A stretch of 64,000 nt of DNA, from the sequence record DRR723986_4994. One strand, written 5' to 3'. Made by a program: the position numbers and the translations under genes. Numbering within the stretch: position 1 is the first letter of the stretch; each line of letters begins with the position of its first letter. The notes beneath the pieces were generated by a model. It made no database searches. It had not been told where the DNA came from and saw only the letters and a list, made by a program, of their open reading frames with translations. Positions 48,416-59,537 of this stretch are shown in pieces.

Positions 48416-48926
48416 ACCAATTTTCATAGGCTCCAACAAAAGTAAATTGCGGTTTCAAACTGCTGTCTATACCATAATTGCCGTGGTAGCTTTTATTTTG
48501 TTGTTTGGATATGCTGAAAGACAAGAATGGGTTCCGCCAATTGTTTTTCAAGGGCTAGGCGTAGTGTTGGGTGGACTTTGTGTATTAGCTGCGGCTGCCA
48601 AAGCTAAACGGATTAAAGATCCGAATGCTGGTCTCCTAATTGATAAACAAGGTATCCATGATTTATCAAGTGATATTGGTTTGGGATTGATTAAATGGAA
48701 AGATATTACTGAATATAAAGTTGAGCAATCAAAAAAAACGGGACTAATTTTGATTGGTGTTAAAAAGAATGAAGTCTTTTTGCGCAATGCTCAAAACCCT
48801 GCCATAGCCAGATTGCTCAAACAAAACATAAGATTGTACGATACCCCTGTTGCAATAGATCCATCCTATTTAGATGCATCAATTCAGGAAGTGTTTGAAC
48901 GTATAGATGAATTTAAATCCAACTAA
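48408..48926 (+). CDS. STM3941-family membrane protein
   Basis: Two TM helices, then GLLIDKQGIHD...GLIKWKDI. Confidence 0.65.
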   Translation: MNEPIFIGSNKSKLRFQTAVYTIIAVVAFILLFGYAERQEWVPPIVFQGLGVVLGGLCVLAAAAKAKRIKDPNAGLLIDKQGIHDLSSDIGLGLIKWKDITEYKVEQSKKTGLILIGVKKNEVFLRNAQNPAIARLLKQNIRLYDTPVAIDPSYLDASIQEVFERIDEFKSN

Positions 48927-49643
48927 ATGAAACTAGATATTTTAGCAATTGCCGCACATCCTGATGATGTAGAACTATCTGCCATTGGGACATTGATCAA
49001 GGCAAAAAAACAAGGTAAAAAAATCGGCATAGTAGATTTGACCAGAGGCGAATTGGGTACCAGGGGTACAGCAGAAACCAGAAAAGAAGAATCTGCTGCC
49101 GCTTCTGAGATCATAGGGCTAGATGCTAGAGAAAACTTAGGTATGGCTGATGGATTTTTTCAGAATACAAAAGAAAATCAACTGTTGATTATTGAGCAAT
49201 TAAGAAAGTATCAGCCTGATGTGGTATTAATCAACGCCAAATCAGACAGACACCCCGATCATGGAAAAGGTGCAGAGCTGGCTAAAGAAGCGTGTTTTTT
49301 ATCAGGACTTTCAAAAATTGAAACACAACTCGGAGGCCAATTGCAAGAAAAATGGCGTCCTCGAGCTGTTTATCACTATATCCAAGATTATTATATGCGA
49401 CCAGATTTCGTTGTTGATATAACGGCTGAAATAGAGCAAAAAATCGAAGCGATTAAGGCTTTTAAAACACAATTTTACGATCCTTCAAATCCAGCACCAA
49501 ATACACCAATTTCAGGAAAAGAGTTTTTTGACTTTTTGAAAGGGAGATGGGGAGATTTTGGAAGATATATTGGCGCCCAATACGGCGAAGGATTTGTGCT
49601 CACACGACCAGCGGGAATTGACGATATTACCAAATTAATTTAA
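48927..49643 (+). CDS. bshB1: PIG-L family deacetylase, bacillithiol biosynthesis BshB1-like
   Basis: AHPDDVEL, DLTRGELGTRG, RHPDH, FKTQF. Confidence 0.85.
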   Translation: MKLDILAIAAHPDDVELSAIGTLIKAKKQGKKIGIVDLTRGELGTRGTAETRKEESAAASEIIGLDARENLGMADGFFQNTKENQLLIIEQLRKYQPDVVLINAKSDRHPDHGKGAELAKEACFLSGLSKIETQLGGQLQEKWRPRAVYHYIQDYYMRPDFVVDITAEIEQKIEAIKAFKTQFYDPSNPAPNTPISGKEFFDFLKGRWGDFGRYIGAQYGEGFVLTRPAGIDDITKLI

Positions 49644-50924
49644 ATGACATTATTACAAAAAGACGCGGAGTTCGTTTGGCACCCGTTTACTCAAGCTCAA
49701 ACAGCTCCAATACCAATTCCATTAACACACGCGAAAGATGCATGGCTTTATGCGCAAAATGATAAAAAATACATAGACGCTAATTCTTCATGGTGGACTG
49801 TACTACACGGGCATGGTAACGAGCATATCGCGCAATCATTAACTGATCAATTCAAGGTATTGGATCATGCCATTTTTGCTGGGGCTACACATCCAAAAGC
49901 TGTAGAAATAGCTGAGCGTATTGTTGGCGTGTTGCCAGATGGTTTTTCGAAGGTGTTTTTTTCAGATAATGGGTCAACTTCAGTAGAGGTGGCCATTAAA
50001 ATGTGTTATCAGTATTGGCACAATAAAGGTGAACATAAAAAGCGATTTTTAGCCATTGAAGGCTCTTATCATGGCGATACATTTGGCGCTATGAGCGTTG
50101 GACAACGTGGATATTTCAATAAACCTTTTGAGCATTTATTTTTTGACGTTGATTTCATTCCATTTCCAACAGAAGATAATATTGATGAAGTCCTTAAGAA
50201 AATGGAGGATTTATTTAGAACCGGTGAATTTGCAGGTTTTATTTTTGAACCTTTGGTTCAAGGAGCTGCGGGAATGCGTATGTATCAACCTGAATGGTTA
50301 GAAAAGTTTGTTCAATTGGCGAATCAATATGACGTGTTGGCGGTTGCAGATGAGGTGATGACCGGCTTTTATAGAACAGGAAAAATGTTCGCCATCAATC
50401 ACATAGAAAGCAAAGCAGATATCGTGTGCCTTTCAAAAGGGTTAACTGGAGGAGTTATGGCCCTGGGTCTAACTGTAGCCAGCCAAAAAATTTATGATGC
50501 TTTTTTATCTGATGAGATAGGAAAAGCCTTATTGCACGGACATTCGTTTACAGGCAACCCTTTGGCCTGTTCTGCAGCTTGTGCATCTTTAGATGTTTTA
50601 GAATCAGCAGAGAGTCAACAAAGAGTGGAGAGAATTGTGAATGCTCATGCCCAATTTATAGAGAAATATAAAGATTCAGATTTTTTTAAATCCATAAAAC
50701 ATCAAGGGACTATATTAAGCCTTGAAGTGAATGTAGGGGAGGAGAGTTCTTATTTTTCTTCCATTAGAACCGAAGCCTACAACCATTTTCTTGAAAATGA
50801 AATCTTATTAAGACCCTTAGGCAATGTCATTTTTATTAATCCGCCATATTGTATTACTGAAAGTGAGCTGAATCATGTATATCAGCAAATAATCGAATTT
50901 TTAGAAGGCTGGTTTAGAAAATAA
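49644..50924 (+). CDS. bioA: Adenosylmethionine-8-amino-7-oxononanoate aminotransferase
   Basis: VWHPFTQ, SSWW..HGH, SDNGSTSVEVAIK, YHGDTFGAM, DEVMTGF, SKGLTGG, HGHSFTGNP. Confidence 0.95.
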   Translation: MTLLQKDAEFVWHPFTQAQTAPIPIPLTHAKDAWLYAQNDKKYIDANSSWWTVLHGHGNEHIAQSLTDQFKVLDHAIFAGATHPKAVEIAERIVGVLPDGFSKVFFSDNGSTSVEVAIKMCYQYWHNKGEHKKRFLAIEGSYHGDTFGAMSVGQRGYFNKPFEHLFFDVDFIPFPTEDNIDEVLKKMEDLFRTGEFAGFIFEPLVQGAAGMRMYQPEWLEKFVQLANQYDVLAVADEVMTGFYRTGKMFAINHIESKADIVCLSKGLTGGVMALGLTVASQKIYDAFLSDEIGKALLHGHSFTGNPLACSAACASLDVLESAESQQRVERIVNAHAQFIEKYKDSDFFKSIKHQGTILSLEVNVGEESSYFSSIRTEAYNHFLENEILLRPLGNVIFINPPYCITESELNHVYQQIIEFLEGWFRK

Positions 50925-50925
50925 A

Positions 50926-50954
50926 AAAGCCCTCTCGAAAATCGAGAAGGCTTT
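50926..50954. terminator. Bidirectional intrinsic terminator
   Basis: AAAGCCcTCTCGA-aaa-TCGAGAaGGCTTT between convergent genes. Confidence 0.75.
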
Positions 50955-50973
50955 CACATCTTTTTTGTTAGGA

Positions 50974-51705
50974 TTAGTTGATGATCGAATCATAATAAGC
51001 CATGAATTGCTCATCATGCTCTAACCATTGTTTAACTTTCCCTAATAAATCTTTCGCCGGTTGCGGTTGACGCATTACATTGATTTGTGCGTTGCAGTAT
51101 TCCATCACTCCAATTTTCAGCATTTCTTTATCGATTAATCTCCAGCTGTCGATATCTTCTGCAGCCTCTAATCTTTCAAATGCTTCTTGTTGCGACAATT
51201 TCGCTCCACCTTTATCTTTTTCTTGGTATTGTGCTGCCGCTTTTAAGAAGTAAGATCCCACATCATCTTTTGAGAAACGGTGCAGTTTTGCAATGTATCC
51301 CATTAGTTTGGCATAAGAACCTTCTTCAACAAGGTTTTTAATGTCTTCTACAACCGCTACTTTTAAATCAGTAAAAAAGTCTAAGTTTTCTTCGTAAACA
51401 ATTCCTTCCTTATCTTTTTTAATAGCGTTACCCGCATATCTAATGGCATCATTAAACGCCTTAGGGTATTTTTCAGTCCAAGCTTGATCTTTTGACATCA
51501 TGAAATTACATTTTGCCAAATAAAAAAACGGCAAGGCGTCTTTTTTAGAATCGTCTTTTTGCGTGTATTTCTCGGCTTGTTTTAGCAATTTTTCCCAATT
51601 GCCATCTGCGTAGAGAATTAGTAAGTCATCATATAAAGGCGGTTGCGCTTCTATTTTGAATACTACTCCGAATACGAGGAATAAAAGAAATGCTAATTTT
51701 TTCAT
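50974..51705 (-). CDS. Hypothetical secreted alpha-helical (TPR-like) protein
   Basis: Signal peptide; helical repeats such as PFFYLAK and AIRYAGNAIKKD. Confidence 0.7.
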   Translation of the reverse strand: MKKLAFLLFLVFGVVFKIEAQPPLYDDLLILYADGNWEKLLKQAEKYTQKDDSKKDALPFFYLAKCNFMMSKDQAWTEKYPKAFNDAIRYAGNAIKKDKEGIVYEENLDFFTDLKVAVVEDIKNLVEEGSYAKLMGYIAKLHRFSKDDVGSYFLKAAAQYQEKDKGGAKLSQQEAFERLEAAEDIDSWRLIDKEMLKIGVMEYCNAQINVMRQPQPAKDLLGKVKQWLEHDEQFMAYYDSIIN

Positions 51706-51784
51706 TGTGTGTTATTTTATAAGCTTAAACTCAAATTTGATGCCTAAAGTTACGATTTATCAAAATTAAGAAAATTTTAACAAA

Positions 51785-53947
51785 CTATTCCTCATAGAAC
51801 TTTAACAATATCTCAAGAATTTCAATGGCTGCAGCAGAAATTTTAGTTCCAGGCCCAAATATGCCTAAAACCCCAGCCGAATAGAGGAATTCGTAATCTT
51901 GTTGCGGAATTACTCCTCCAGCGATTACCATGATATCTTCACGACCTGCTTGCTTCAATTCTTCAATTACTTGTGGAATGAGTGTTTTATGTCCAGCAGC
52001 CAACGAACTTACCCCTAAAATATGAACATCATTTTCAATGGCTTGTTTCACGGCTTCTTTTGGCGTTTGGAATAATGGCCCAATATCCACGTCAAAACCA
52101 ATATCCGCAAATGAAGTTGAAATAACTTTTGCGCCACGATCGTGGCCATCTTGCCCCATTTTAGCGACCATGATTCTAGGTCGTCTACCCTCTAGTTGAG
52201 CATATTTTTCTACCAATTCCTTGGCCTTATTGAATTCTGAATCTTGCATGGCTTCTGCTGAATAAACCCCAGAAATGGTTCTGATGGTTGCTTTATATCT
52301 TCCAAAGGCTTTTTCCATTGCATCTGAAATCTCACCTAAAGATGCACGCTCTCTAGCACAATCAACGGCTAGCGCTAATAAATTCTGATCTGAACTGCGT
52401 TGGTCTCCCTCTTGAATTGAAAGCTGGGCGGCGTTTTCCAAAGCGGCTAAAGCAGCGGTGACTTTTATTTCATCCCTTTCGGCCTTCATTTTGTTAAGAC
52501 GCTCAATTTGTGATAATCTCACTTTGGTATTGTCAACTTCAAGAATGTCCATTTCAGTTTCTTCGTCTAACTGATAACGGTTAACTCCAATGATAATGTC
52601 TTTTCCGGCGTCAATTCGCGCTTGTTTACGGGCTGCAGCTTCTTCAATTCGCATTTTAGGAATGCCTGAATCTATTGCATCTGCCATTCCGCCCAGTTCC
52701 TCGATTTCTTGAATATGTTCCCAAGCTTTGTGGGCAATATCATGCGTGAGTTTTTCTACATAATTTGATCCAGCCCAAGGGTCAATTACCTTCGTGATGC
52801 CCGTTTCTTCTTGCAAGTAGATTTGCGTATTTCTGGCTATTCTCGCAGAAAAATCGGTAGGTAGCGCAATGGCCTCATCCAAGGCATTGGTGTGCAATGA
52901 TTGTGTTCCGCCTAGGGTTGCCGCTAAGGCTTCAATACACGTTCGTGCAACATTATTGTAAGGATCTTGCTCTGTTAAGCTCCATCCAGATGTTTGACAA
53001 TGGGTTCTAAGCGCTAATGATTTTGGATTTTCAGGATTGAATTGATTGACCAATTTGGCCCATATCATTCTTGCTGCTCTCATTTTGGCAATTTCCATGA
53101 AATGATTCATGCCCACAGCCCAGAAGAATGAAAGTCTTGGTGCGAAATCATCTATTTTCATGCCTGAAGCAATTCCTGCTTTTATATATTCAAGTCCATC
53201 TGATAAGGTATAAGCAAGTTCTAGATCGGCAGTTGCTCCGGCCTCTTGCATATGATATCCAGAAATCGAAATGGAATTGAACTTCGGCATGTTTTGCGAA
53301 GTATATTTAAAAATATCTGCAATGATGCGCATTGAATGTTTAGGTGGATAGATATAGGTATTCCTCACCATGAACTCCTTCAAAATATCATTTTGAATAG
53401 TGCCGGCTAGATCTTTTCTATCCACTCCTTGCTCTTCAGCTGCTACAATGTAAAAGGCTAAAATCGGAATCACTGCACCGTTCATGGTCATTGAAACCGA
53501 CATTTTATCCAAAGGAATTTGATCAAAAAGAATTTTCATATCCTCAACCGAATCTATCGCAACGCCGGCTTTACCTACATCTCCCACAACACGTTCATGA
53601 TCTGAATCGTATCCTCTGTGTGTTGCTAAATCAAAAGCTACAGAAAGTCCTTTCTGTCCAGCAGCTAAATTTCTTCGGTAAAAAGCATTGGATTCTTCTG
53701 CGGTTGAAAATCCGGCATATTGTCTTATCGTCCATGGTCGAATCGTGTACATGGTTGAGTAAGGCCCTCTGAGGTTTGGAGCAATCCCAGAAACAAAATT
53801 TAAATGCTCCACCTCTTTCAAATCATCTTGAGAATAGCTCGATTTAATTTGAATCTTTTCAGCAGTTTCAAACGTTGAATGCTCTTCTTTGGTAGAGTTA
53901 GCGTAGTGCTTTTTAATATCAATATGGTCAAATGTTACTCTACTCAT
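51785..53947 (-). CDS. scpA: Methylmalonyl-CoA mutase, catalytic B12-binding subunit
   Basis: [24 protein letters not shown], and B12-binding motif [10 protein letters not shown]...SSLAAGH. Confidence 0.96.
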   Translation of the reverse strand: MSRVTFDHIDIKKHYANSTKEEHSTFETAEKIQIKSSYSQDDLKEVEHLNFVSGIAPNLRGPYSTMYTIRPWTIRQYAGFSTAEESNAFYRRNLAAGQKGLSVAFDLATHRGYDSDHERVVGDVGKAGVAIDSVEDMKILFDQIPLDKMSVSMTMNGAVIPILAFYIVAAEEQGVDRKDLAGTIQNDILKEFMVRNTYIYPPKHSMRIIADIFKYTSQNMPKFNSISISGYHMQEAGATADLELAYTLSDGLEYIKAGIASGMKIDDFAPRLSFFWAVGMNHFMEIAKMRAARMIWAKLVNQFNPENPKSLALRTHCQTSGWSLTEQDPYNNVARTCIEALAATLGGTQSLHTNALDEAIALPTDFSARIARNTQIYLQEETGITKVIDPWAGSNYVEKLTHDIAHKAWEHIQEIEELGGMADAIDSGIPKMRIEEAAARKQARIDAGKDIIIGVNRYQLDEETEMDILEVDNTKVRLSQIERLNKMKAERDEIKVTAALAALENAAQLSIQEGDQRSSDQNLLALAVDCARERASLGEISDAMEKAFGRYKATIRTISGVYSAEAMQDSEFNKAKELVEKYAQLEGRRPRIMVAKMGQDGHDRGAKVISTSFADIGFDVDIGPLFQTPKEAVKQAIENDVHILGVSSLAAGHKTLIPQVIEELKQAGREDIMVIAGGVIPQQDYEFLYSAGVLGIFGPGTKISAAAIEILEILLKFYEE

Positions 53948-55254
53948 ACTTTTTCAGTTTTCTTGTAAAAAGATTCCAATTTGAAAGGTGTTAATGCTTT
54001 AAAATCAATTTGTTGAGGTGTGTAGTTTACTGTTTTATCTTTCCAGTCTTCTAGACTCGAATGAAATTTATTCACCCCTAAAAACGTTTTTTGATTTTCA
54101 TTTAATTGTTGGCTTAAAAAGTTTCTGTTTTGCTCAATTAAATCTTGAATACTACCAGATTCAATAGATACACAAAAGCCACCTTCACTTTCTAAGCGTT
54201 TAAATAAATCCCAAGATTTTTCTAGGATCTGATCGGTAAGTGATTCAATATAGTAAGAACCTTGTCCCGGATCAACAACTTTATCTAAATAGCTTTCTTC
54301 TTTGAGAATCAATTGAATGTTCTTGGCCATTCTTTTATTCAATTCATTCGTTTCAGGATTTCCAGAAATCAATGGCTGAACAGTTAAAACATCACATCCA
54401 CCTAGTACGGCAGACATGGCTTGAGTGGTTTCACGCAATAAGTTGTTGTTCGCATCATTTTCGGCTAAAAAACGACAAGATGTTTTAGCGTATAAAGTAA
54501 ATTCTTGGTGTTTATGATTTGAATCGTACGCCTCAAAAATCCCCTTAACTATTGATCGAATTGCTCTTGTTTTTGCAATGTTGACAAAGTAATTATCAGT
54601 GATTGAAATCTCAATACTAAGGTTTTGATTGATTTCAATCAGACTAACGCCAGCATTTGTTAATAAATGGATGTATTCGTTTAAATGACTTGCCGTAAAT
54701 GCCAATTCTTGAACACTTGTAGCGCCAGTGTCTCCATAAACTGAACCAGATATCCATAGGTTTTTACGATTTGAAGTAGCTTGATAGAATTTGATAAAAC
54801 TCTCTTTTTCATGCATCCACTTACCACTCAAAATCGATTGACCGAAGATGTCAAAATTTAAATTCGCCTTATCAGGAAAAACAGAGTAATCATCAACTAA
54901 ATCAATTAAAGAGATGTCTGTTGTAATGTGTTCGAATAAGACTGAATTGGTCTGTGAATCAAACACGGGGGTATGCAACAAACCTAAAGCCGTAATGCCG
55001 TCATTTAAATCTTGCAATAATTCTTTGTTGGGTTCAGAAGTGTAAGCTTTTCTTATTTTCCAATCGTTGGTATTTTTTGAATAGGCCTTTTTTACTGGTC
55101 TCCCTTCTTCTGGATGATGATAAGCTTTAATTTCCAGATCCATTTCTGGCCTTGTGTGCAATACGTCCAGCGGTTTTCCTTTTAAATCTACGTTGATTTT
55201 TGCTAACCACTCGTCAAGATTTACTCCTTTGAATTCTTCGAACAATTTTTCCAT
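53944..55254 (-). CDS. Methylmalonyl-CoA mutase small (non-catalytic) subunit
   Basis: [54 protein letters not shown]; no B12 domain; ATGA-coupled to the large subunit. Confidence 0.85.
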   Translation of the reverse strand: MEKLFEEFKGVNLDEWLAKINVDLKGKPLDVLHTRPEMDLEIKAYHHPEEGRPVKKAYSKNTNDWKIRKAYTSEPNKELLQDLNDGITALGLLHTPVFDSQTNSVLFEHITTDISLIDLVDDYSVFPDKANLNFDIFGQSILSGKWMHEKESFIKFYQATSNRKNLWISGSVYGDTGATSVQELAFTASHLNEYIHLLTNAGVSLIEINQNLSIEISITDNYFVNIAKTRAIRSIVKGIFEAYDSNHKHQEFTLYAKTSCRFLAENDANNNLLRETTQAMSAVLGGCDVLTVQPLISGNPETNELNKRMAKNIQLILKEESYLDKVVDPGQGSYYIESLTDQILEKSWDLFKRLESEGGFCVSIESGSIQDLIEQNRNFLSQQLNENQKTFLGVNKFHSSLEDWKDKTVNYTPQQIDFKALTPFKLESFYKKTEKV

Positions 55255-55272
55255 CTCTACAAATTTAATTGA

Positions 55273-55449
55273 TTAAAGATAATCCATGATAATTTTTAAT
55301 GCGATCCCTAAAATTCCAGCTCCTGCCAAAAATCCAGTTACGAAATATCGACTAAATGAGTAGCCTTGCTTTTGCAGGATCAAACCCGCTATCAGACCAA
55401 TGATAAGTGCGCCAGAAATGTCAATGATAAAAGCCGTTGTTGGACTCAT
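55273..55449 (-). CDS. 58-aa two-TM membrane protein (not in the ORF track)
   Basis: MSPTTAFIIDISGALIIGLIAGLILQKQGYSFSRYFVTGFLAGAGILGIALKIIMDYL; TAATG overlap with the mazG stop; fills the gap before the mutase genes. Confidence 0.65.
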   Translation of the reverse strand: MSPTTAFIIDISGALIIGLIAGLILQKQGYSFSRYFVTGFLAGAGILGIALKIIMDYL

Positions 55450-56216
55450 TAGTCAAGTTTTTTGGCTTTTTCCCAGTACTGATCCATTTCGGTGAGTGCC
55501 ATATCAGCGATACTTTTCCCGTCCTTTTTAGTTTCGGCTTCCATCCATTGAAAGCGTTTAATGAATTTTTGATTGGTTTTAGAAAGGGCATCTTCAGGAT
55601 TGATATCTACCCAGCGCGCATAGTTGATGAGTGAAAAAAGGACGTCACCAAATTCTTCTTCCATCTTCGCCTTATTGCCAGCTTTCACTTCATCTTGAAA
55701 TTCTTGAATTTCTTCATTGACTTTATCCCAAACTTGATCTTGATTATCCCATTCAAATCCGATTCCTTTTACTTTGTCCTGAATCCGCGTAGCTTTTACC
55801 AATGCAGGTAACGATTTTGGGACTCCCTGGAGAACAGATGTTTTGCCCTCTTTCAGTTTTAATTTCTCCCAATTAGCTTTTACTTCTTCCTCATCTGCAA
55901 CTTCAACATCTCCATAAATATGCGGATGTCTGTGCACCAATTTATCGCAAATAGCATTCAGCACGTCAGCAATATCAAAGGCTTTTTTCTCATCTGCAAT
56001 TTTCGAATAAAATACCATGTGCAGCATTAAGTCGCCTATTTCACCTTTTAACTCGTCAAGATTATTGGCAATAATGGCATCAGAAAGTTCGTAGGTTTCT
56101 TCAATTGTCAAATGTCTCAAAGATTCAAGCGTTTGCTTTTTATCCCATGGACATTGCTCTCTCAATTCATCCATTATTATTAAAAGCCGCTCAAATGCTT
56201 TTAGTTTATCTTCCAT
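55449..56216 (-). CDS. mazG: Nucleoside triphosphate pyrophosphohydrolase MazG
   Basis: LREQCPWDKKQT, IEETYEL, EIGDL, RHPHIYG, EEEFGDVLF. Confidence 0.96.
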   Translation of the reverse strand: MEDKLKAFERLLIIMDELREQCPWDKKQTLESLRHLTIEETYELSDAIIANNLDELKGEIGDLMLHMVFYSKIADEKKAFDIADVLNAICDKLVHRHPHIYGDVEVADEEEVKANWEKLKLKEGKTSVLQGVPKSLPALVKATRIQDKVKGIGFEWDNQDQVWDKVNEEIQEFQDEVKAGNKAKMEEEFGDVLFSLINYARWVDINPEDALSKTNQKFIKRFQWMEAETKKDGKSIADMALTEMDQYWEKAKKLD

Positions 56217-56255
56217 TTTTAGTATTTTGGCAGTTTCAAAGCTGATTTTCTGAAC

Positions 56256-57368
56256 GTGAAGGTATATTCTTTTTTACTTTTTTTCTTGCTCTCGTGCACT
56301 GGTTTTGGACAAAGATTTCAACAATATCAACCTTCATACATATCTGTAAAGTCTAAACTTGGATTTCTCATTGCGCACAGGTCTAAAATGGCTCATTTGC
56401 CAGAAAAAAGTGTAAAATCCATTGAATTGTGCTTCGCACAGCAAGACAGAAGCAATACGGCTTGGTCAAATGTTTATAAAAATCCGGTAAGAGGATTATC
56501 CTTGATGTATCAAGATTTTGGAAATTCTGAAGTATTAGGTCAAGGAATCAGTTTGTTCGGACACACTTCTTTTCCAATTTATCAGGGAGAACGTTTTGGT
56601 TTTTTGGATTTTAGATTGGGTACTGGAGTCGCCTATGTTACTAAAAGATACGATACTGAATTGAATCCTAAAAACAATGCGATTGGTTCACATGTGAATG
56701 GTTTTGTGAATTTGCAGTTCAATTGGGACAAGCATTTTGAGCATTTTCATTTCGGTGCAGGAATTGAGTTTTCTCATTATTCAAACGCCGCAACGAAAGT
56801 TCCAAATTTAGGATTAAACATCCCTTCAATCAACTTTAATTTGGGTTATTCAATTGATAAACGTGAAGTTTGGAAACCAAATAAAGAAAAGGAACTCGCT
56901 ACTAATCATAGTGAGATTATGTCAGATGATTTTCATTTGATATTAGTGGGAGGATCAAAACAAAATGTAGCTAAGCAACTCAAACCAAAATCTCGTCCAA
57001 TTATCGGTTTATCCGCTTTGTATTCGAAATCATTGGGTGATCGGTGGAAATTGGACGGAGCGCTTGATTTAGTTTACAATGACGCGAACCGGCATTATCA
57101 CGATACCAGTACTTATAAAGTAGGGGAGACTTTGCAACTCGGTGCTTATTTAGGAACAAGTATTCATTTCTATAAAGCCGCTTTTGTGGTAGGATTAGGG
57201 GTTTATATGTACAGCCCGGTAAAACCCTTTGGCTTATTTTACAATCGTTTAGGATTCCGTTATCATTTTACACCAAAGTTGGTGGGAACGGTTGCTATTA
57301 AAGCACATTGGGGAATAGCGGATTATTTAGAAATTGGCTTAGGCTATAAACTGTGGAAGCGGAAATGA
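56256..57368 (+). CDS. Acyloxyacyl hydrolase/PagL-like outer-membrane beta-barrel
   Basis: NPKNNAIGS and SHYSNA...PNLGLN PagL-like motif. Confidence 0.7.
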   Translation: MKVYSFLLFFLLSCTGFGQRFQQYQPSYISVKSKLGFLIAHRSKMAHLPEKSVKSIELCFAQQDRSNTAWSNVYKNPVRGLSLMYQDFGNSEVLGQGISLFGHTSFPIYQGERFGFLDFRLGTGVAYVTKRYDTELNPKNNAIGSHVNGFVNLQFNWDKHFEHFHFGAGIEFSHYSNAATKVPNLGLNIPSINFNLGYSIDKREVWKPNKEKELATNHSEIMSDDFHLILVGGSKQNVAKQLKPKSRPIIGLSALYSKSLGDRWKLDGALDLVYNDANRHYHDTSTYKVGETLQLGAYLGTSIHFYKAAFVVGLGVYMYSPVKPFGLFYNRLGFRYHFTPKLVGTVAIKAHWGIADYLEIGLGYKLWKRK

Positions 57369-58096
57369 AGAAGTTGATCATTATATTTGTTGTTTTTAGT
57401 GTTTGTGCGTGCAAAAAGGCTCCAGAAAGAGGCTGCTTTAAAGGTCATGGCGAAGAAATTCAAATGGAGATTGCCTTAGATTCAACGAATTCGTTTGTGC
57501 TGAATAAAAAAATGAAGTTCAGGTTGTTTGAAGATACACTAAATAAGATCGTGTTAAAAGGCGGTGCGAATATGTTAAATATGATAGATGTTCGAACTGA
57601 GGGCTTTGAAACAACTATATCTAATGAAAATTCATGTCACTTTTTAAGAGACTCTGAAAGGTTTGTTGAAGTAGAAATACACTATTCAAATTACAGACAT
57701 CTCACTTTACACACCTCAGATTCGGTAATTTTTGAGAATACGATAGCATCAGATTCTTTGTCTATTCAATTTTTTGAATCAGGCAGTTCATTGATTTTGG
57801 ATGTTGATAATACCTTTACTCAAGTAATTGTATCAAGAGGAACGGCTGATTTCGTATTGAGCGGTAAAAGTCAAAACAGCGTAATAAAAGTTCAAGACAA
57901 TGGTTATGCTGATGCTTTAGATTTTAGGTCGCCTTATATGTTCGCTGCTTCGAGCTCTACAGCAAATCTTAAGCTAAATTTAGACAGTGCTTCGGCAACT
58001 GTATTTTTGGATGGTTCTGGTGACATCTTATATCATGGCGAACCAAACTCTTTAAACCTGAGTGGTGCGGGTAGTGGAAAACTTATTAAATATTAA
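57365..58096 (+). CDS. GIN-domain (DUF2807) lipoprotein
   Basis: Lipobox CAC; beta-helix-like repeats ending LDGSGDILYHGEP...GSGKL. Confidence 0.75.
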   Translation: MKKLIIIFVVFSVCACKKAPERGCFKGHGEEIQMEIALDSTNSFVLNKKMKFRLFEDTLNKIVLKGGANMLNMIDVRTEGFETTISNENSCHFLRDSERFVEVEIHYSNYRHLTLHTSDSVIFENTIASDSLSIQFFESGSSLILDVDNTFTQVIVSRGTADFVLSGKSQNSVIKVQDNGYADALDFRSPYMFAASSSTANLKLNLDSASATVFLDGSGDILYHGEPNSLNLSGAGSGKLIKY

Positions 58097-58166
58097 TTTA
58101 AAAATAAGTTTGATATATTTTTATAAATGCTACATTTGGGCGTAAACCAATAAAAAAAATAAAATT

Positions 58167-58631
58167 ATGCATAAGCAAAGACTATTTATCATTATCGCGG
58201 CGGCGATCGGGGTTATTTCAACATTTTTACCTTGGTTCTCCGTGTCATTTTTTGGAATGAAAATTTCACTTTCTGGACTTGCACCTGAAGTTTGGGGTGG
58301 ATATGTATTTATCGCGTTAGCAATTGCTACGGCTGCAATGGCTTTTACACAAGGTGATAAAGCTAACGAACTTGACGCAGAAGGAAAGAAGAAAGTAATG
58401 GGTGCGGCAGGTGCTGCAGTTGGTTTTATGCTTTACTTTATTGTAATTAAATTAGAGTTTACTGCTGCTGGTCTTGGTGCTTGGTTAGCTTTAATCGCTT
58501 CTTTAGGTATGTTAGCTGTTCCTTTCGTAGTTAAAGGAGACGGTACTTTTGAAATGCCAAATAAAGATACAATCAAAGCTGATTTAGACGACAACGCTAA
58601 TGATACTCCAGAAGATACAACTGCAGAGTAA
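58167..58631 (+). CDS. Four-TM membrane protein
   Basis: TFLPW...GLGAWLAL; acidic tail; TACATTTG -7 element upstream. Confidence 0.75.
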   Translation: MHKQRLFIIIAAAIGVISTFLPWFSVSFFGMKISLSGLAPEVWGGYVFIALAIATAAMAFTQGDKANELDAEGKKKVMGAAGAAVGFMLYFIVIKLEFTAAGLGAWLALIASLGMLAVPFVVKGDGTFEMPNKDTIKADLDDNANDTPEDTTAE

Positions 58632-58648
58632 TAATATACTGAAATAGT

Positions 58649-58683
58649 AAAAAGCCCTATTGATATTCAATAGGGCTTTTTTT
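58649..58683 (+). terminator. Intrinsic terminator
   Basis: AAAAGCCCTATTGA-tat-TCAATAGGGCTTTTTTT. Confidence 0.88.
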
Positions 58684-58775
58684 ATGGGCTTAATTTGTCG
58701 TCCAAAAGGATGATTTTCAATCTATAATGGAGAAAGATTAAAAAATATTGTTAATTTGGATAAAAAATAAAACCT

Positions 58776-59423
58776 ATGAAATACCACGTAAAATATCAAG
58801 AAGAGTACTCAAGAGGGGAGCTTTTATTAAGAGCCTTTTTTGGTGTGTTTTACATCATGATTCCACACGGAATTTTAATGATGATTTTGGCCATTGGATT
58901 AATGTTCTACAGAATCATTGCTTGGTGGACCATCTTAATTACAGGAAAGTTCCCTAAAAGCGCTTTTGATTATCAAGTTAAATTCATGCGTTACCAATTA
59001 AGAGTAAATGCAAGAAATTCAAATTTAGCAGATGGATATCCGGCATTTGGTTTAGATGGAACAGATGAAAATACAGACTTTGACATGCCTTATGTTGAAG
59101 AAATCAGCAGAGGTACCTTGATAATTAGAACCTTATTTGGGCCATTTATGATTTTCCCTCATGCAATCGCATTGATATTTAGAATGATTGGAACTATGTT
59201 CTGTGCAATTATCGGATTTTGGTCAATTTTATTGACTGGAAAATACCCTAAAGGAATGTTCGATTTTGTAGTTGGTACTGGAAGATGGGCTTATAGAGTT
59301 CAAAATTATTTGAATTTTTATACAGCAGATTATCCTCCATTCCATGGGAATGTTTTACCTCATGAAAACAAAGATGTTGAAGATGACATGGGAGGTGATG
59401 ATGAGATCTTAGATGATATTTAA
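58776..59423 (+). CDS. DUF4389 domain membrane protein (two internal repeats)
   Basis: SRG...PH...ILITGKFP..FD...R...Y...YP.F occurs twice. Confidence 0.85.
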   Translation: MKYHVKYQEEYSRGELLLRAFFGVFYIMIPHGILMMILAIGLMFYRIIAWWTILITGKFPKSAFDYQVKFMRYQLRVNARNSNLADGYPAFGLDGTDENTDFDMPYVEEISRGTLIIRTLFGPFMIFPHAIALIFRMIGTMFCAIIGFWSILLTGKYPKGMFDFVVGTGRWAYRVQNYLNFYTADYPPFHGNVLPHENKDVEDDMGGDDEILDDI

Positions 59424-59446
59424 GAAAGTATCTTTTTAAAATAAAT

Positions 59447-59474
59447 AAGCGCCAGGCAATAGTCTGGCGCTTTT
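59447..59474 (+). terminator. Intrinsic terminator
   Basis: AAGCGCCAG...CTGGCGCTTTT. Confidence 0.75.
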
Positions 59475-59537
59475 CTTTTGTATAAGTTGAAAGGAATTCC
59501 TTGAATAAATGTCTAAATTTGTATCAAAGTTTAAAAA

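Noticed and set aside
51731..51745. Sigma54-like site AGGCATCAAATTTGA (- strand) upstream of the 51705 gene
   Set aside because: Deviates at both boxes, lacks the GTCA-N12 element and adjoins a housekeeping-like TAACTTTA; too weak to call.
55449..56216. MazG as an anti-phage or TA component
   Set aside because: Full-length tandem-domain housekeeping MazG in a metabolic context, with no defence genes around.
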